Source of the DNA: an uncultured Monoglobus sp.
Lineage (GTDB): Bacteria > Bacillota > Clostridia > Monoglobales > Monoglobaceae
Direction: 5' to 3'
Assembly: GCA_947624775.1 (NCBI GenBank)
Contig: CANQLT010000001.1
Location: 2,184-66,183 of the forward strand
Length of the DNA stretch: 64,000 nucleotides
Shown piece after piece: positions 45,035 through 53,638 of the stretch. The translations under genes were made by a program, and so were the position numbers. Each line of letters begins with the position of its first letter. Positions within the stretch are counted from its first letter, which is position 1. Under the pieces are notes generated by a model. That model worked only from the letters and a program-made list of their open reading frames with translations, searched no databases and was not told the DNA's origin.

Positions 45035-47377
45035 TTATTGCAATCTTATATAATCCTTATACGAATAGCCGCATGCGCCGTTATATTCAACCCAATACCA
45101 GTTGCCGAATGTTTTGTCGGTATACACGGTCATCGACGCGCCTTCGGGTATCTCTCCGATCGGATAGCCCTTCTGCGGCTTGCTGTTTATCGCCAGCACC
45201 CTGCCGCCGGTGCCGTAAACAACTCCTGTGAGCTTGTTTGAATTCGGGTCTGCCGAAATATAGTCCCTGTACGAATATCCGCTTACGCCGTTATATTCAA
45301 CCCGGTACCAGTTGCCGGATGTTTTGTCGGTATACACGGTCATCGACGCGCCCTCGGGTATCTCTCCGATCTGATGATTTTTATTGGGCTCACTGTTGAT
45401 AGCCAGCGCCCTGCCGCCCGTGTTTACCACATAGGCGGTATAGGTATTTTCCGAGCCTCCGTTATCGGGAGGCGGAACAGATGGCGTCGCCGTAGTGAAC
45501 GAGCTGATTTCGCCGCGATACTCGTTTCCGTCTAAGACAGCGTAGAACTGATAATAGTAGGTCGAGCCTGCCGACAGATATTGTCCCGCCTCGGCGTTTA
45601 AGTCATACCACACATCAAACGGGTTTTTGCTGAAATCTATAACATCATGCGCGACTTTGCTTAAGCCATCGGGAGATGTGCCGAAATACAGTCCCGCCTC
45701 GCTCGGACGGCTGCCGGAGTACGACACACTGCCATAGACCGTGGCATTTGTGCTTGACACATTTCTCGCGTCCAGCGTATTGACCGTTATGCTGCTCTTG
45801 GGCGGCTCGGGAGGCGTGTATGGTACAAGATTTCCGAGATTCGCAATGCCCGCTCCGTAATATGCGGAATTGCCGAGACCCGACGCGGAGCTTTTAAGCG
45901 CGTTCACAGCCTCGCCGGATGAATATCCGGGATTGGCACTCCTGATAAGCGCCATCGCGCCGGAGATATGCGGGGCCGACATAGATGTGCCCTGGAGGCT
46001 CTGTTCACCTCCGCCGATAGCCGCGCCGTTTATTCCGACGCCCGGAGCCGCTATATCTATCACGCCGCTGCCATAGTTGCTGAAATATGCTTTCTCATTG
46101 TTTGAATCAACCGCCGAGACTGTGACCACTCCCGGCACACTTGCCGGAATATAGGGAGTTGCCGAAATATCAATATTATCGTTTCCGGCAGATGCCACGA
46201 CTGTTACACCTTTTGAGACAGCACTTGTTACTCCTCTGTCCTTTGCACTCTCGCTTCGACCGCCGAGGCTGAGATTTATCACATCCGCCCCTGCTTTTAC
46301 CGCATAATCGATGCCTTGGTCAACGACGAGTGACGTTGTTTTTCCCTCATTTCCAAACACCTTTATCGGCATTATTTTCACTCGGCTGAAGCCGGCGGTC
46401 ACGTCAGCGATCGTGCTTGCCACGTGAGTACCATGACCGTCTATATCTTCGGGAGTACTGTCATTATTGTATATGTCATAACCGGATACGATTTTGCCGT
46501 TAAAGCAGCTATGTGTGCTGTCAAGTCCGGTGTCGATGACCGCGACAACAACATCCGACTGCCGCGAGCCGAAGGCGTTACAGAAACTCGGGGCGTTGAT
46601 CTTATCCGTTCCCCACGAAAGCGATGTTTCTTTGAGTATGTAATCAGGCTCCGCATCATACCCGCGAGCGGTGTTGCGCTTTTCGCCCTGTATTGCTTCC
46701 TTTTCGGTGGTATACTGCATTACCGTCATGCCTTCGCCTTTGATAACGGTCGTCGCACCCGAAGTGTCGGCGTTTTCGGAATACACAATTATCCTTTTGG
46801 TCTGATACGGCTTTGTGAGAGAAATGCTCTGATCATTCTCGTTCCAGTCAACATCGCACCCGAGAGCCTCTGCGGCCGCTCTGAGCGGTATCAGTGTTCG
46901 GTCGTTCACGGTTTGAGCCGCGACTGCCATCTCCTGTGCCTCGCCGTTAATCTCGATCAAAGTGCTGCCTATCTGCATTGACACCTCGTTCTCATCATCC
47001 GAAAGTGAAACGGTCTGCGTCGGCTCGTCATAAACGACCTCCGCTCCTATCGCCTCGGCGACGCCGCGAATCGGCAAAAGCGTCGTGTCATTCTCTATTA
47101 TCGGAACGCTGCCTTCGTTGTCGATCTTGATGCGCTCACCGTCAAGGCTCATTGTGTCAGAGCCTATTTTCAGATTAAGCGAACTGATATAATCGTCACT
47201 CATTGTCGATGACACAAGCTCGGATATTTGAGCCATAAAATCATCGCTATTTGTTTCAAACGGTTCCTCGGCCGAGACCCCGACAATCGAAAACAGCATG
47301 ATTGCTGATGTGAGTATTGATATCATTTTTTTCATAATTTTTTTCATAATTATTACCATTCCTTTCGTTATGCTCAC
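45035..47377 (-). CDS. Secreted S8 subtilisin-like peptidase with CuAO-N stalk, Ig/Fn3-like and two SH3b-like domains
   Basis: VAVIDTGLD (Asp), HGTHVAST (His), GTSMSAPHISG (Ser). Signal peptide. The likely true start is ATG 47347 (MKKIMKKM...). Confidence 0.85.
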   Translation of the reverse strand: MSITKGMVIIMKKIMKKMISILTSAIMLFSIVGVSAEEPFETNSDDFMAQISELVSSTMSDDYISSLNLKIGSDTMSLDGERIKIDNEGSVPIIENDTTLLPIRGVAEAIGAEVVYDEPTQTVSLSDDENEVSMQIGSTLIEINGEAQEMAVAAQTVNDRTLIPLRAAAEALGCDVDWNENDQSISLTKPYQTKRIIVYSENADTSGATTVIKGEGMTVMQYTTEKEAIQGEKRNTARGYDAEPDYILKETSLSWGTDKINAPSFCNAFGSRQSDVVVAVIDTGLDSTHSCFNGKIVSGYDIYNNDSTPEDIDGHGTHVASTIADVTAGFSRVKIMPIKVFGNEGKTTSLVVDQGIDYAVKAGADVINLSLGGRSESAKDRGVTSAVSKGVTVVASAGNDNIDISATPYIPASVPGVVTVSAVDSNNEKAYFSNYGSGVIDIAAPGVGINGAAIGGGEQSLQGTSMSAPHISGAMALIRSANPGYSSGEAVNALKSSASGLGNSAYYGAGIANLGNLVPYTPPEPPKSSITVNTLDARNVSSTNATVYGSVSYSGSRPSEAGLYFGTSPDGLSKVAHDVIDFSKNPFDVWYDLNAEAGQYLSAGSTYYYQFYAVLDGNEYRGEISSFTTATPSVPPPDNGGSENTYTAYVVNTGGRALAINSEPNKNHQIGEIPEGASMTVYTDKTSGNWYRVEYNGVSGYSYRDYISADPNSNKLTGVVYGTGGRVLAINSKPQKGYPIGEIPEGASMTVYTDKTFGNWYWVEYNGACGYSYKDYIRLQ
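45053..45435. repeat. 210-bp tandem duplication (two SH3b-like modules)
   Basis: 45061 and following versus 45271 and following. Includes an identical 32-bp run, gttttgtcggtatacacggtcatcgacgcgcc, in both copies. Confidence 0.85.
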
Positions 47378-47454
47378 AACACATAAGATTTAATTCATAG
47401 TGAATATGAAACTGCGGATTTGAGACGTAATACCCTAAATCACTCGGCAGCGTT

Positions 47455-50400
47455 TCAATTGACTTTTCCTGTTTCTAAATCTGCGATTAATTTTTTGCCT
47501 CGCTCGATCAGCTCATCCGTAGTCAAATAATTATAGTATACAAAATTGTGTCCGTCCGCGGTGTATCCGTCGCACAAGATCTTCTTATCGTTCTTCATGA
47601 AGTATTCGTAGGAGTCATTTACAACGAATTTTAATTGCATACTGTCAAAGTCAAATATATTCAGTTTACTTACGTCTTTCACAAAGAAAGAGCTGTCATC
47701 CGCGAACTCGCAGTCAGTATAAGAAGCAACAACAAGTTCCGTATTCAAACGCATAACCTCTTCAAGCGTAGCAACCGAATATTTTATTAACTCACCATTC
47801 GCGCACATCGCCAATATGTATTTCGAATCCGGAGAAAACTTTATTTTACTCGGCACCGCCTCATCTCTCGGAATCACAATTCTTGAAATATTCTCATCAC
47901 CGGCTTTATATATTCCTATATATCCCTCATTTCCCTCTTTGCCGAGAAAAGCGATCAGATCGCCATCCGATGAGTTTATCAAGGATGTCACCTTTCCGTC
48001 TTCATAAACAAAATCGCTATTATTGTCCTGCACGCACGGTATATTATTATCGCCTAATTTAAAATATCTTATTTTGTGTCCGGCATTTTCGCTTGTGGTA
48101 AACGTTATAAATTCGTTTGATACGCTGTAGTCATATATATAATCATATGATCGCTCTCTACGGTACATTATGCTGCGTATATCCGTGCCGTTGGACAAAT
48201 TTATATAAAGTATGCCGTCCTGCGTACAAAACAGTATAGAGTCGCCGACCGGAAATATATCCGCCCTTTCAAAATATAAAAACTCTTTGGCGAGAATATT
48301 ATTAAGTTCTCTGAATCTCTGTTTCAAATCAATTTTTTCGCACAAATTTCCATTGTAATCAAATATTTCCGCTTTCCCGTTATCGTCAACAACAAACAGT
48401 TTATCGCCGACAAACGCCATATTTGATACGTCCATATCAATTTCTTTGTATGCAAGCAGCGTATCGCTGTTTACATCGTAAATAATAATATAATCCTTTC
48501 TTTCCTTATTATTCAACTCAAACACATCTTGATAGTGATATTTATATGCGGCAAATACGCCTTTTCCGTTGTCCGAAAACTTATCAAAGACACCCGTTTC
48601 GGTCGGCATATTATTTAGCCTGACAGAGTTATTAAATGAAATCTTTTGGTACAGCTTTATCTCCGAAGAGTCTCTCGAGGCAATGGCAAAATCACTTTCG
48701 TTAGCATGGGCCATATATTCTATTTCTTCATCAAAAGTATAATATCTATCCGCGAAAAGCAATGAATCCTTATTATATCTGGTTTCACCCTCGTAATAAC
48801 GCATCAACATGTATGTTCCAAATACTTTTCTTCCTCCGATCTGCACGGTGTTTTTTTCATTCGGCTTGCAATATATTACTTGATTGTCGTAATCCGTTGC
48901 CGTTTGAAAGTATTTCTCGCCGCTCTGCCTGTCAAATGCCAATATATTTGTTCCACTTATAACGATAACGCCGTTTCTGGGATTAAATACACCATTATCA
49001 TCAGGGACATTATGCGTCAGTTCAAAAACACAATTATACATATACGCTGATAAATAGTTCCCCTCATATTTAGTTTTCCACTTTACGGACATGTCATTTT
49101 TAGCAAAACAAACGAGTTCAGCGTTATACGATGATAAGATATCCTCACTTCTTATTCGTAAATTTAAAAACACACATTCCTCGCTCTCTCCTATAGCCAA
49201 AACCTCGTCATAATCTTCAGTGGGTAAATCAAACCACTGCCAATTGTTTTCGCTCGAATTGAGAACCCCTATTTTGCCGTCTTTGATATCGGTCACATAT
49301 ACGCGCCCGCCGCGATCCATATATGTTTTATCATCAATTCCACATTTATAATTGTTGTTTTCTTCGGAAGCGCTATTTATAACAGCGCCGTCTTTACCTA
49401 TAAGCCGATAAGTCGAATATGATGTTATTAATATCTTATCGGTTTTTTCGTTCATTTCAATATCGTCAAACGAAATACTTTCGCTATCATATCTCCAATT
49501 CAAATCACCGCTTTGCAAATCAATCGAGACCAGCACTCCGTTTGACAGCACATAACCTGTATTTTTGTCAACACAAATGTCCCTTGCGGAAGTGTCTTGC
49601 GATTGGTCAAACAATTCATTCGGAGAATATGTTTTTATAATTTGAGCGGTCGCGTAATCAATAATATATACATTGCCGGTCGAATCTCCGGCAAGAATAT
49701 GCGCGCCATCCTCGGCAAATTCCAAAAAATTAACATATCCGGACAAGTTAACAGTTTTGCGAAACATCTTATTATCCGAACTGTACGCGCCTATGGATTC
49801 GATCAACACTCTTTCGGCAAGCGGATTTTGGGGTATATCATCGTCATTATCGTTTGGAAGAGCCTCGATCGCTGTCTGTATAGCGGAAGTTATATCATCA
49901 TTTTTGTAATAAGTTTCCGACTGGTTAGCAAGTATTTCCGAGTTTTTTATCCTTACGGTTCTATTCGCCTCATTTGCCAAAGCCTCATTTTCCAACGCGG
50001 TTTGCATATTGGCCTCGGCTATCTCTTTCTGCTTGTTTGCCTCATCCATATTGGCTTCGGCAATTTCTCTTTGTCGAGTAGCCTCCTCAAGATTTGCCTC
50101 CGCGGCTTGCCGCTGAATATTCGCCTCCGCATAATTATTATTTGCTTCCTCGGTTTTTTGGGCCAGATCGGCGTTGCTTTTCGTCAGCGCCGTATTGGCG
50201 CTGTCCAGATCACCGTTAGCTTTTTGCAGCTGCTCGTTACTTTGGTCGAGCTGCGTGTTGGTTTGCTGCAGCTTGCTGTTGGTTTGCTGCAAGGCGTTAT
50301 TGGCGCTGTCCAGATCCGTATTACTCTTTGTCAGCGCCAAGTTCGCGCTGTCAAGTTTGTTGTTTGTTTCGGTCAGAGAGATGTTCGCGCTGTCCAATTG

Positions 50401-51228
50401 AGTATTTGTATCTTCGAGCTTGGTATTTGTTTCATCCAGCTCTTTATTTGTCTTGTCCAATTCTTTATTTGTTGATTCAAGATTGGAATTGCTTGTATTC
50501 AATTCTTCCGTCCTGAGCCGGAGTTCTTCGTTTTTGGCCTGCAATTCATTTCTTTGCTCGCTGATCTGCATAAGCATAATGCTGCTGTATATCATAAAAA
50601 GCGACATAAGAAGGAATGCGGCGACAACGGCAAATGTTATTTTTCTGACTTTGCGTCTATGATTTCTGTTAAATAAATCATCATATCCGCATCCCAATAA
50701 CGGCGCAACAATACGCAAGAACTCATTGTTTAATTTTTTAAGCGTCTGCTTTTGTGTGCCCGAAACAATATTCGCGGCTAAAGGTTCAACCCACTTTTCC
50801 TCACGCACAACAGAGCCGTCAGGCAGCACACGCGTTTCTATCGTGGTGCAAAGCTCTTTTGGGAAAACCTCATCCGGCTCACCTTCCGCCAGAAGGGTTA
50901 TTATATTTTCGGTCGTGCCGTTATGCAGCTTCTTAAATTGCGTGATTTCTTCAAGACACCATCTTGATTTCGCTGTGTCTTTTGAACAAATAACAATAAG
51001 ATACTCTGAATTGGCGAGCGCGCTTTTTATATCTTCGCTTAAATCGCTGCTTGACGGAAGCTCGGTTTCATCTCTGAAAACCTTCCATTTTTCCTTTGAG
51101 TTTCGCATTCCCTTTGGCGCCTTGTAAGTCTCAAGCATTTTCTGAAGTTTTTGGGCAATCTTTTTATCAAGCTCCGTATGTCGGTAACTTATAAACGCCT
51201 TATATGAATATTCTTTCATCGCAAACAC
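47455..51228 (-). CDS. TIR-domain membrane protein (TIR / TM / heptad coiled coil / beta-propeller-like ectodomain)
   Basis: YKAFISYRH...LIVICSKDTAKSRWCLEEI TIR motifs, TM at aa ~198-220, 16 NxxLxxx heptads, then ~800 aa of beta-rich repeats. Start is GTG 51228 or ATG 51219. Confidence 0.8.
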   Translation of the reverse strand: MFAMKEYSYKAFISYRHTELDKKIAQKLQKMLETYKAPKGMRNSKEKWKVFRDETELPSSSDLSEDIKSALANSEYLIVICSKDTAKSRWCLEEITQFKKLHNGTTENIITLLAEGEPDEVFPKELCTTIETRVLPDGSVVREEKWVEPLAANIVSGTQKQTLKKLNNEFLRIVAPLLGCGYDDLFNRNHRRKVRKITFAVVAAFLLMSLFMIYSSIMLMQISEQRNELQAKNEELRLRTEELNTSNSNLESTNKELDKTNKELDETNTKLEDTNTQLDSANISLTETNNKLDSANLALTKSNTDLDSANNALQQTNSKLQQTNTQLDQSNEQLQKANGDLDSANTALTKSNADLAQKTEEANNNYAEANIQRQAAEANLEEATRQREIAEANMDEANKQKEIAEANMQTALENEALANEANRTVRIKNSEILANQSETYYKNDDITSAIQTAIEALPNDNDDDIPQNPLAERVLIESIGAYSSDNKMFRKTVNLSGYVNFLEFAEDGAHILAGDSTGNVYIIDYATAQIIKTYSPNELFDQSQDTSARDICVDKNTGYVLSNGVLVSIDLQSGDLNWRYDSESISFDDIEMNEKTDKILITSYSTYRLIGKDGAVINSASEENNNYKCGIDDKTYMDRGGRVYVTDIKDGKIGVLNSSENNWQWFDLPTEDYDEVLAIGESEECVFLNLRIRSEDILSSYNAELVCFAKNDMSVKWKTKYEGNYLSAYMYNCVFELTHNVPDDNGVFNPRNGVIVISGTNILAFDRQSGEKYFQTATDYDNQVIYCKPNEKNTVQIGGRKVFGTYMLMRYYEGETRYNKDSLLFADRYYTFDEEIEYMAHANESDFAIASRDSSEIKLYQKISFNNSVRLNNMPTETGVFDKFSDNGKGVFAAYKYHYQDVFELNNKERKDYIIIYDVNSDTLLAYKEIDMDVSNMAFVGDKLFVVDDNGKAEIFDYNGNLCEKIDLKQRFRELNNILAKEFLYFERADIFPVGDSILFCTQDGILYINLSNGTDIRSIMYRRERSYDYIYDYSVSNEFITFTTSENAGHKIRYFKLGDNNIPCVQDNNSDFVYEDGKVTSLINSSDGDLIAFLGKEGNEGYIGIYKAGDENISRIVIPRDEAVPSKIKFSPDSKYILAMCANGELIKYSVATLEEVMRLNTELVVASYTDCEFADDSSFFVKDVSKLNIFDFDSMQLKFVVNDSYEYFMKNDKKILCDGYTADGHNFVYYNYLTTDELIERGKKLIADLETGKVN
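50164..50490. repeat. 21-bp periodic coding repeat (16 consecutive N-x-x-L-x-x-x heptads)
   Basis: Asn at aa 247, 254 ... 352 and Leu at aa 250, 257 ... 355 of the TIR protein, with no phase break. Confidence 0.85.
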
Positions 51229-51239
51229 ACCCGCCTTAG

Positions 51240-51614
51240 CTAATCAATTACATTTAATATATTTATAAAACCGGTACTTTCAAAAACATCACGGATCTCG
51301 CTGTTAATATTGGTGATTTCCATATCTTTGCTGTTATCAATATCGTCAATATATTGCTGAGCGGTCAGGAGCGCCCTGAGTCCCGCGCTTGCCATATATG
51401 CCACATCGGAAAAATCCAGGATCAATTTGTCGGAATTATGCAGCTGCTCCATTAAATTTTTTGAAAAAGCCTCAGCGACATTTGTCTTTATCGGCCCCGA
51501 TAACACCAAAATTCTTTTGTCATTATCCATATTTACAGTTATTTTAAGCAAAATCGAGTTATCTTCATCGTTAATAATATCGGTTACGTTTTTATTTAAA
51601 ACAGTTTTAATCAT
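51240..51614 (-). CDS. STAS-domain anti-sigma-factor antagonist (SpoIIAA/RsbV-like)
   Basis: LILDFSDVAYMASAGLRALL carries the phosphorylatable Ser context. ATG 51614 overlaps the upstream stop (ATGATTAA). Confidence 0.8.
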   Translation of the reverse strand: MIKTVLNKNVTDIINDEDNSILLKITVNMDNDKRILVLSGPIKTNVAEAFSKNLMEQLHNSDKLILDFSDVAYMASAGLRALLTAQQYIDDIDNSKDMEITNINSEIRDVFESTGFINILNVID

Positions 51615-52047
51615 ATATTTCAAGTCCTTTCCTTTTTGTATCGGAGAAATTTTTAATTAATTTCAATTTATTGCTGTTATTTTTGTATTCATAAAGCATT
51701 TCGTCAGTCTTTGAACGGGAGATAAATATACCGAGACCTCCCGGTTTTCTTTTACTGCGCGGCGCCCGAATATCCGGCGGATCAATTTCAAGCGGATTAA
51801 ATTTTTTGCCCTTGTCCGTAAAACCGACCGTCACCATGTTATCCTCAACGTTCATTTCAATTTTTACATTCCCGATATCAGGCGCGTAAGCATAATTTGA
51901 AATGTTAATAAATATTTCTTCGAGCGCGACAAGAAACGAAATGATCTCGCTATGTTCAAAGCCGTGATCCGTTAACTCGTTAAATATTATATCATATATT
52001 TTGTCCCACTCATCAAGCGTCGCTCGCCCCGTCCAATGCACTTTCAA
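51607..52047 (-). CDS. Anti-sigma regulatory factor / Ser-protein kinase (RsbW/SpoIIAB-like, HATPase_c)
   Basis: N-box ALEEIFINISNYAY and G-box PGGLGIFI. 146 aa. Start is TTG 52047 or GTG 52041. Confidence 0.75.
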   Translation of the reverse strand: MKVHWTGRATLDEWDKIYDIIFNELTDHGFEHSEIISFLVALEEIFINISNYAYAPDIGNVKIEMNVEDNMVTVGFTDKGKKFNPLEIDPPDIRAPRSKRKPGGLGIFISRSKTDEMLYEYKNNSNKLKLIKNFSDTKRKGLEIYD

Positions 52048-52196
52048 ATCTCCTTATACATTTTAATTTTCAAATGTTAATACACAACTGTCTTGATTAT
52101 GTTACAACATTATTATTAATAATGCAAATCGTGTAACAAAACACGCGGATATGTGTATAATCATGTGAAAAAATATAACGAACACGGAGTGATCTG

Positions 52197-53594
52197 ATGT
52201 TACAGCAAAATTTTCAGAATAAAAATCCATATATTATTAATTTATTGAATAAAAACTCTCTGTTTCTGGCAGAAAGCATTTGTCGCGCGGATAAAAACGC
52301 CTGTATAATTATTGCGGGCGATATTGATCCGGCAGATTCGAAACAAGTTACTGACGCGCAAAACTCAGGCTATCTTGTCACCTCGGAGTCAGTGTTGACC
52401 GTGGCTTTAAAAAATTTAAGATCCTCTAAAAAGGTTCGATTTGTTCTGATGCACCCCGAAGAGGAAATCAACCTTGATCAGGCGCTTAAATTGACAAATA
52501 TGCTGCGCGGAAAAATGTACGCTGAAATATATACTGTCAACACGTCAAAAGTATCGGAATGTCTGATCGACAGCATTGATAAGGGTTCTCCCGACAGCGA
52601 AGTTCCGCCCATAAAACTTCGTAGAGTAAACCTGGTCCGCAATCAGGTTTATCTTGACATTCTGAATAACTCTATTTTCGAAAATCCGGTTTTAGAATAC
52701 AATGAAAAAATTATATGCGTGCTCATTGCCGGTCTGGGACAATACGGTATGGAAATGCTCAAAGCCATTCTTTGGTGCGCTCAAATGGACGGGTATGTGC
52801 TGAGGGCGCACATCATTGACAAAAATCCGGATATAGAATCTGTTTTTTATCGGCACTGTCCCGGAATCCGACAGCGCGGCACGCAGCCCAAAAGCGGCGA
52901 AGATTATTACGAGCTGAATTTCCACGGAGGAATTGATGTAAACTCCATAGATTTTGATGACTGCGTCAGATCTATCGCCTCGGTTTCTTTGGCGTTTGTA
53001 GCTTTGGGCAACGAAAATATTAACCTTGAAACGGCGATCAGGCTTCGCTCTCTGTTTTCCGGGATAAAGATTGACAATGGGGAGATGCCGGAACACTCGC
53101 GGGAAACCAAGCAAAATCCGCGAATTTTGACTGTTATACAACATCCCGAAAAGGCATCGTTGATAAAAGAAAACCGACTTTCAAATTTCAAAAACGAGTA
53201 TTATCAGCTTGATTGTATAGGGTCGGCGTCCGATATGTTTTCATACGAGAACATATTCATGCCTCAATTGGAAGCTATGGCTCTCAAGTCGCATCTTCAA
53301 TTGGGCTCGGAAACGGACTTCAACAACTACGAATATAACAGACGCTCGTCTATGGCAAGTGTGATACACAAAAAATACAGAGATATGCTGATGCCGGATA
53401 ACGAGACCAAAGATATAGTTGAACACAGGCGCTGGAACGCTTATATGCGGGGAACCGAGGGATATTCTTTCGGATTTATAAGAGACGATCTGGCGCTCCG
53501 ACATCCGCTTTTGGTAAAATACGATAACCTCGGCCGAGTAGAAAAGGACAAGGACCTTAACATGAACTCCGACAATATTTCCACGATTTTCTGA
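52197..53594 (+). CDS. RyR-domain protein with Rossmann-like N-terminal modules
   Basis: C-terminus EHRRWNAYMRGTEGYSFG...RHPLLVKYDNL...EKDKD resembles the bacterial RyR domain. VLIAGLGQYGME is a glycine-rich loop. GGAG RBS. Confidence 0.55.
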   Translation: MLQQNFQNKNPYIINLLNKNSLFLAESICRADKNACIIIAGDIDPADSKQVTDAQNSGYLVTSESVLTVALKNLRSSKKVRFVLMHPEEEINLDQALKLTNMLRGKMYAEIYTVNTSKVSECLIDSIDKGSPDSEVPPIKLRRVNLVRNQVYLDILNNSIFENPVLEYNEKIICVLIAGLGQYGMEMLKAILWCAQMDGYVLRAHIIDKNPDIESVFYRHCPGIRQRGTQPKSGEDYYELNFHGGIDVNSIDFDDCVRSIASVSLAFVALGNENINLETAIRLRSLFSGIKIDNGEMPEHSRETKQNPRILTVIQHPEKASLIKENRLSNFKNEYYQLDCIGSASDMFSYENIFMPQLEAMALKSHLQLGSETDFNNYEYNRRSSMASVIHKKYRDMLMPDNETKDIVEHRRWNAYMRGTEGYSFGFIRDDLALRHPLLVKYDNLGRVEKDKDLNMNSDNISTIF

Positions 53595-53607
53595 TAAAAC
53601 GCAATAC

Positions 53608-53638
53608 AGGCGGTCATATTACAAATGACCGCCTTTTA
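53608..53638 (+). terminator. Rho-independent terminator after the RyR-domain gene
   Basis: aggcggtcat / atgaccgcct 10-bp stem followed by TTTT. Confidence 0.55.

Noticed and set aside
49597-50475. 292-aa plus-strand ORF, plus several 60-80 aa ORFs at 50174-50662
   Set aside because: They lie antisense to the TIR-protein coiled-coil repeats. Their open frames are a by-product of the periodic codon-biased repeat. There is no RBS and no domain.
52133-52161. Possible promoter of the RyR-domain gene (GTAACA-17 nt-TATAAT)
   Set aside because: The -10 is perfect but the -35 matches only 4/6. The evidence is too weak to list it as a feature.
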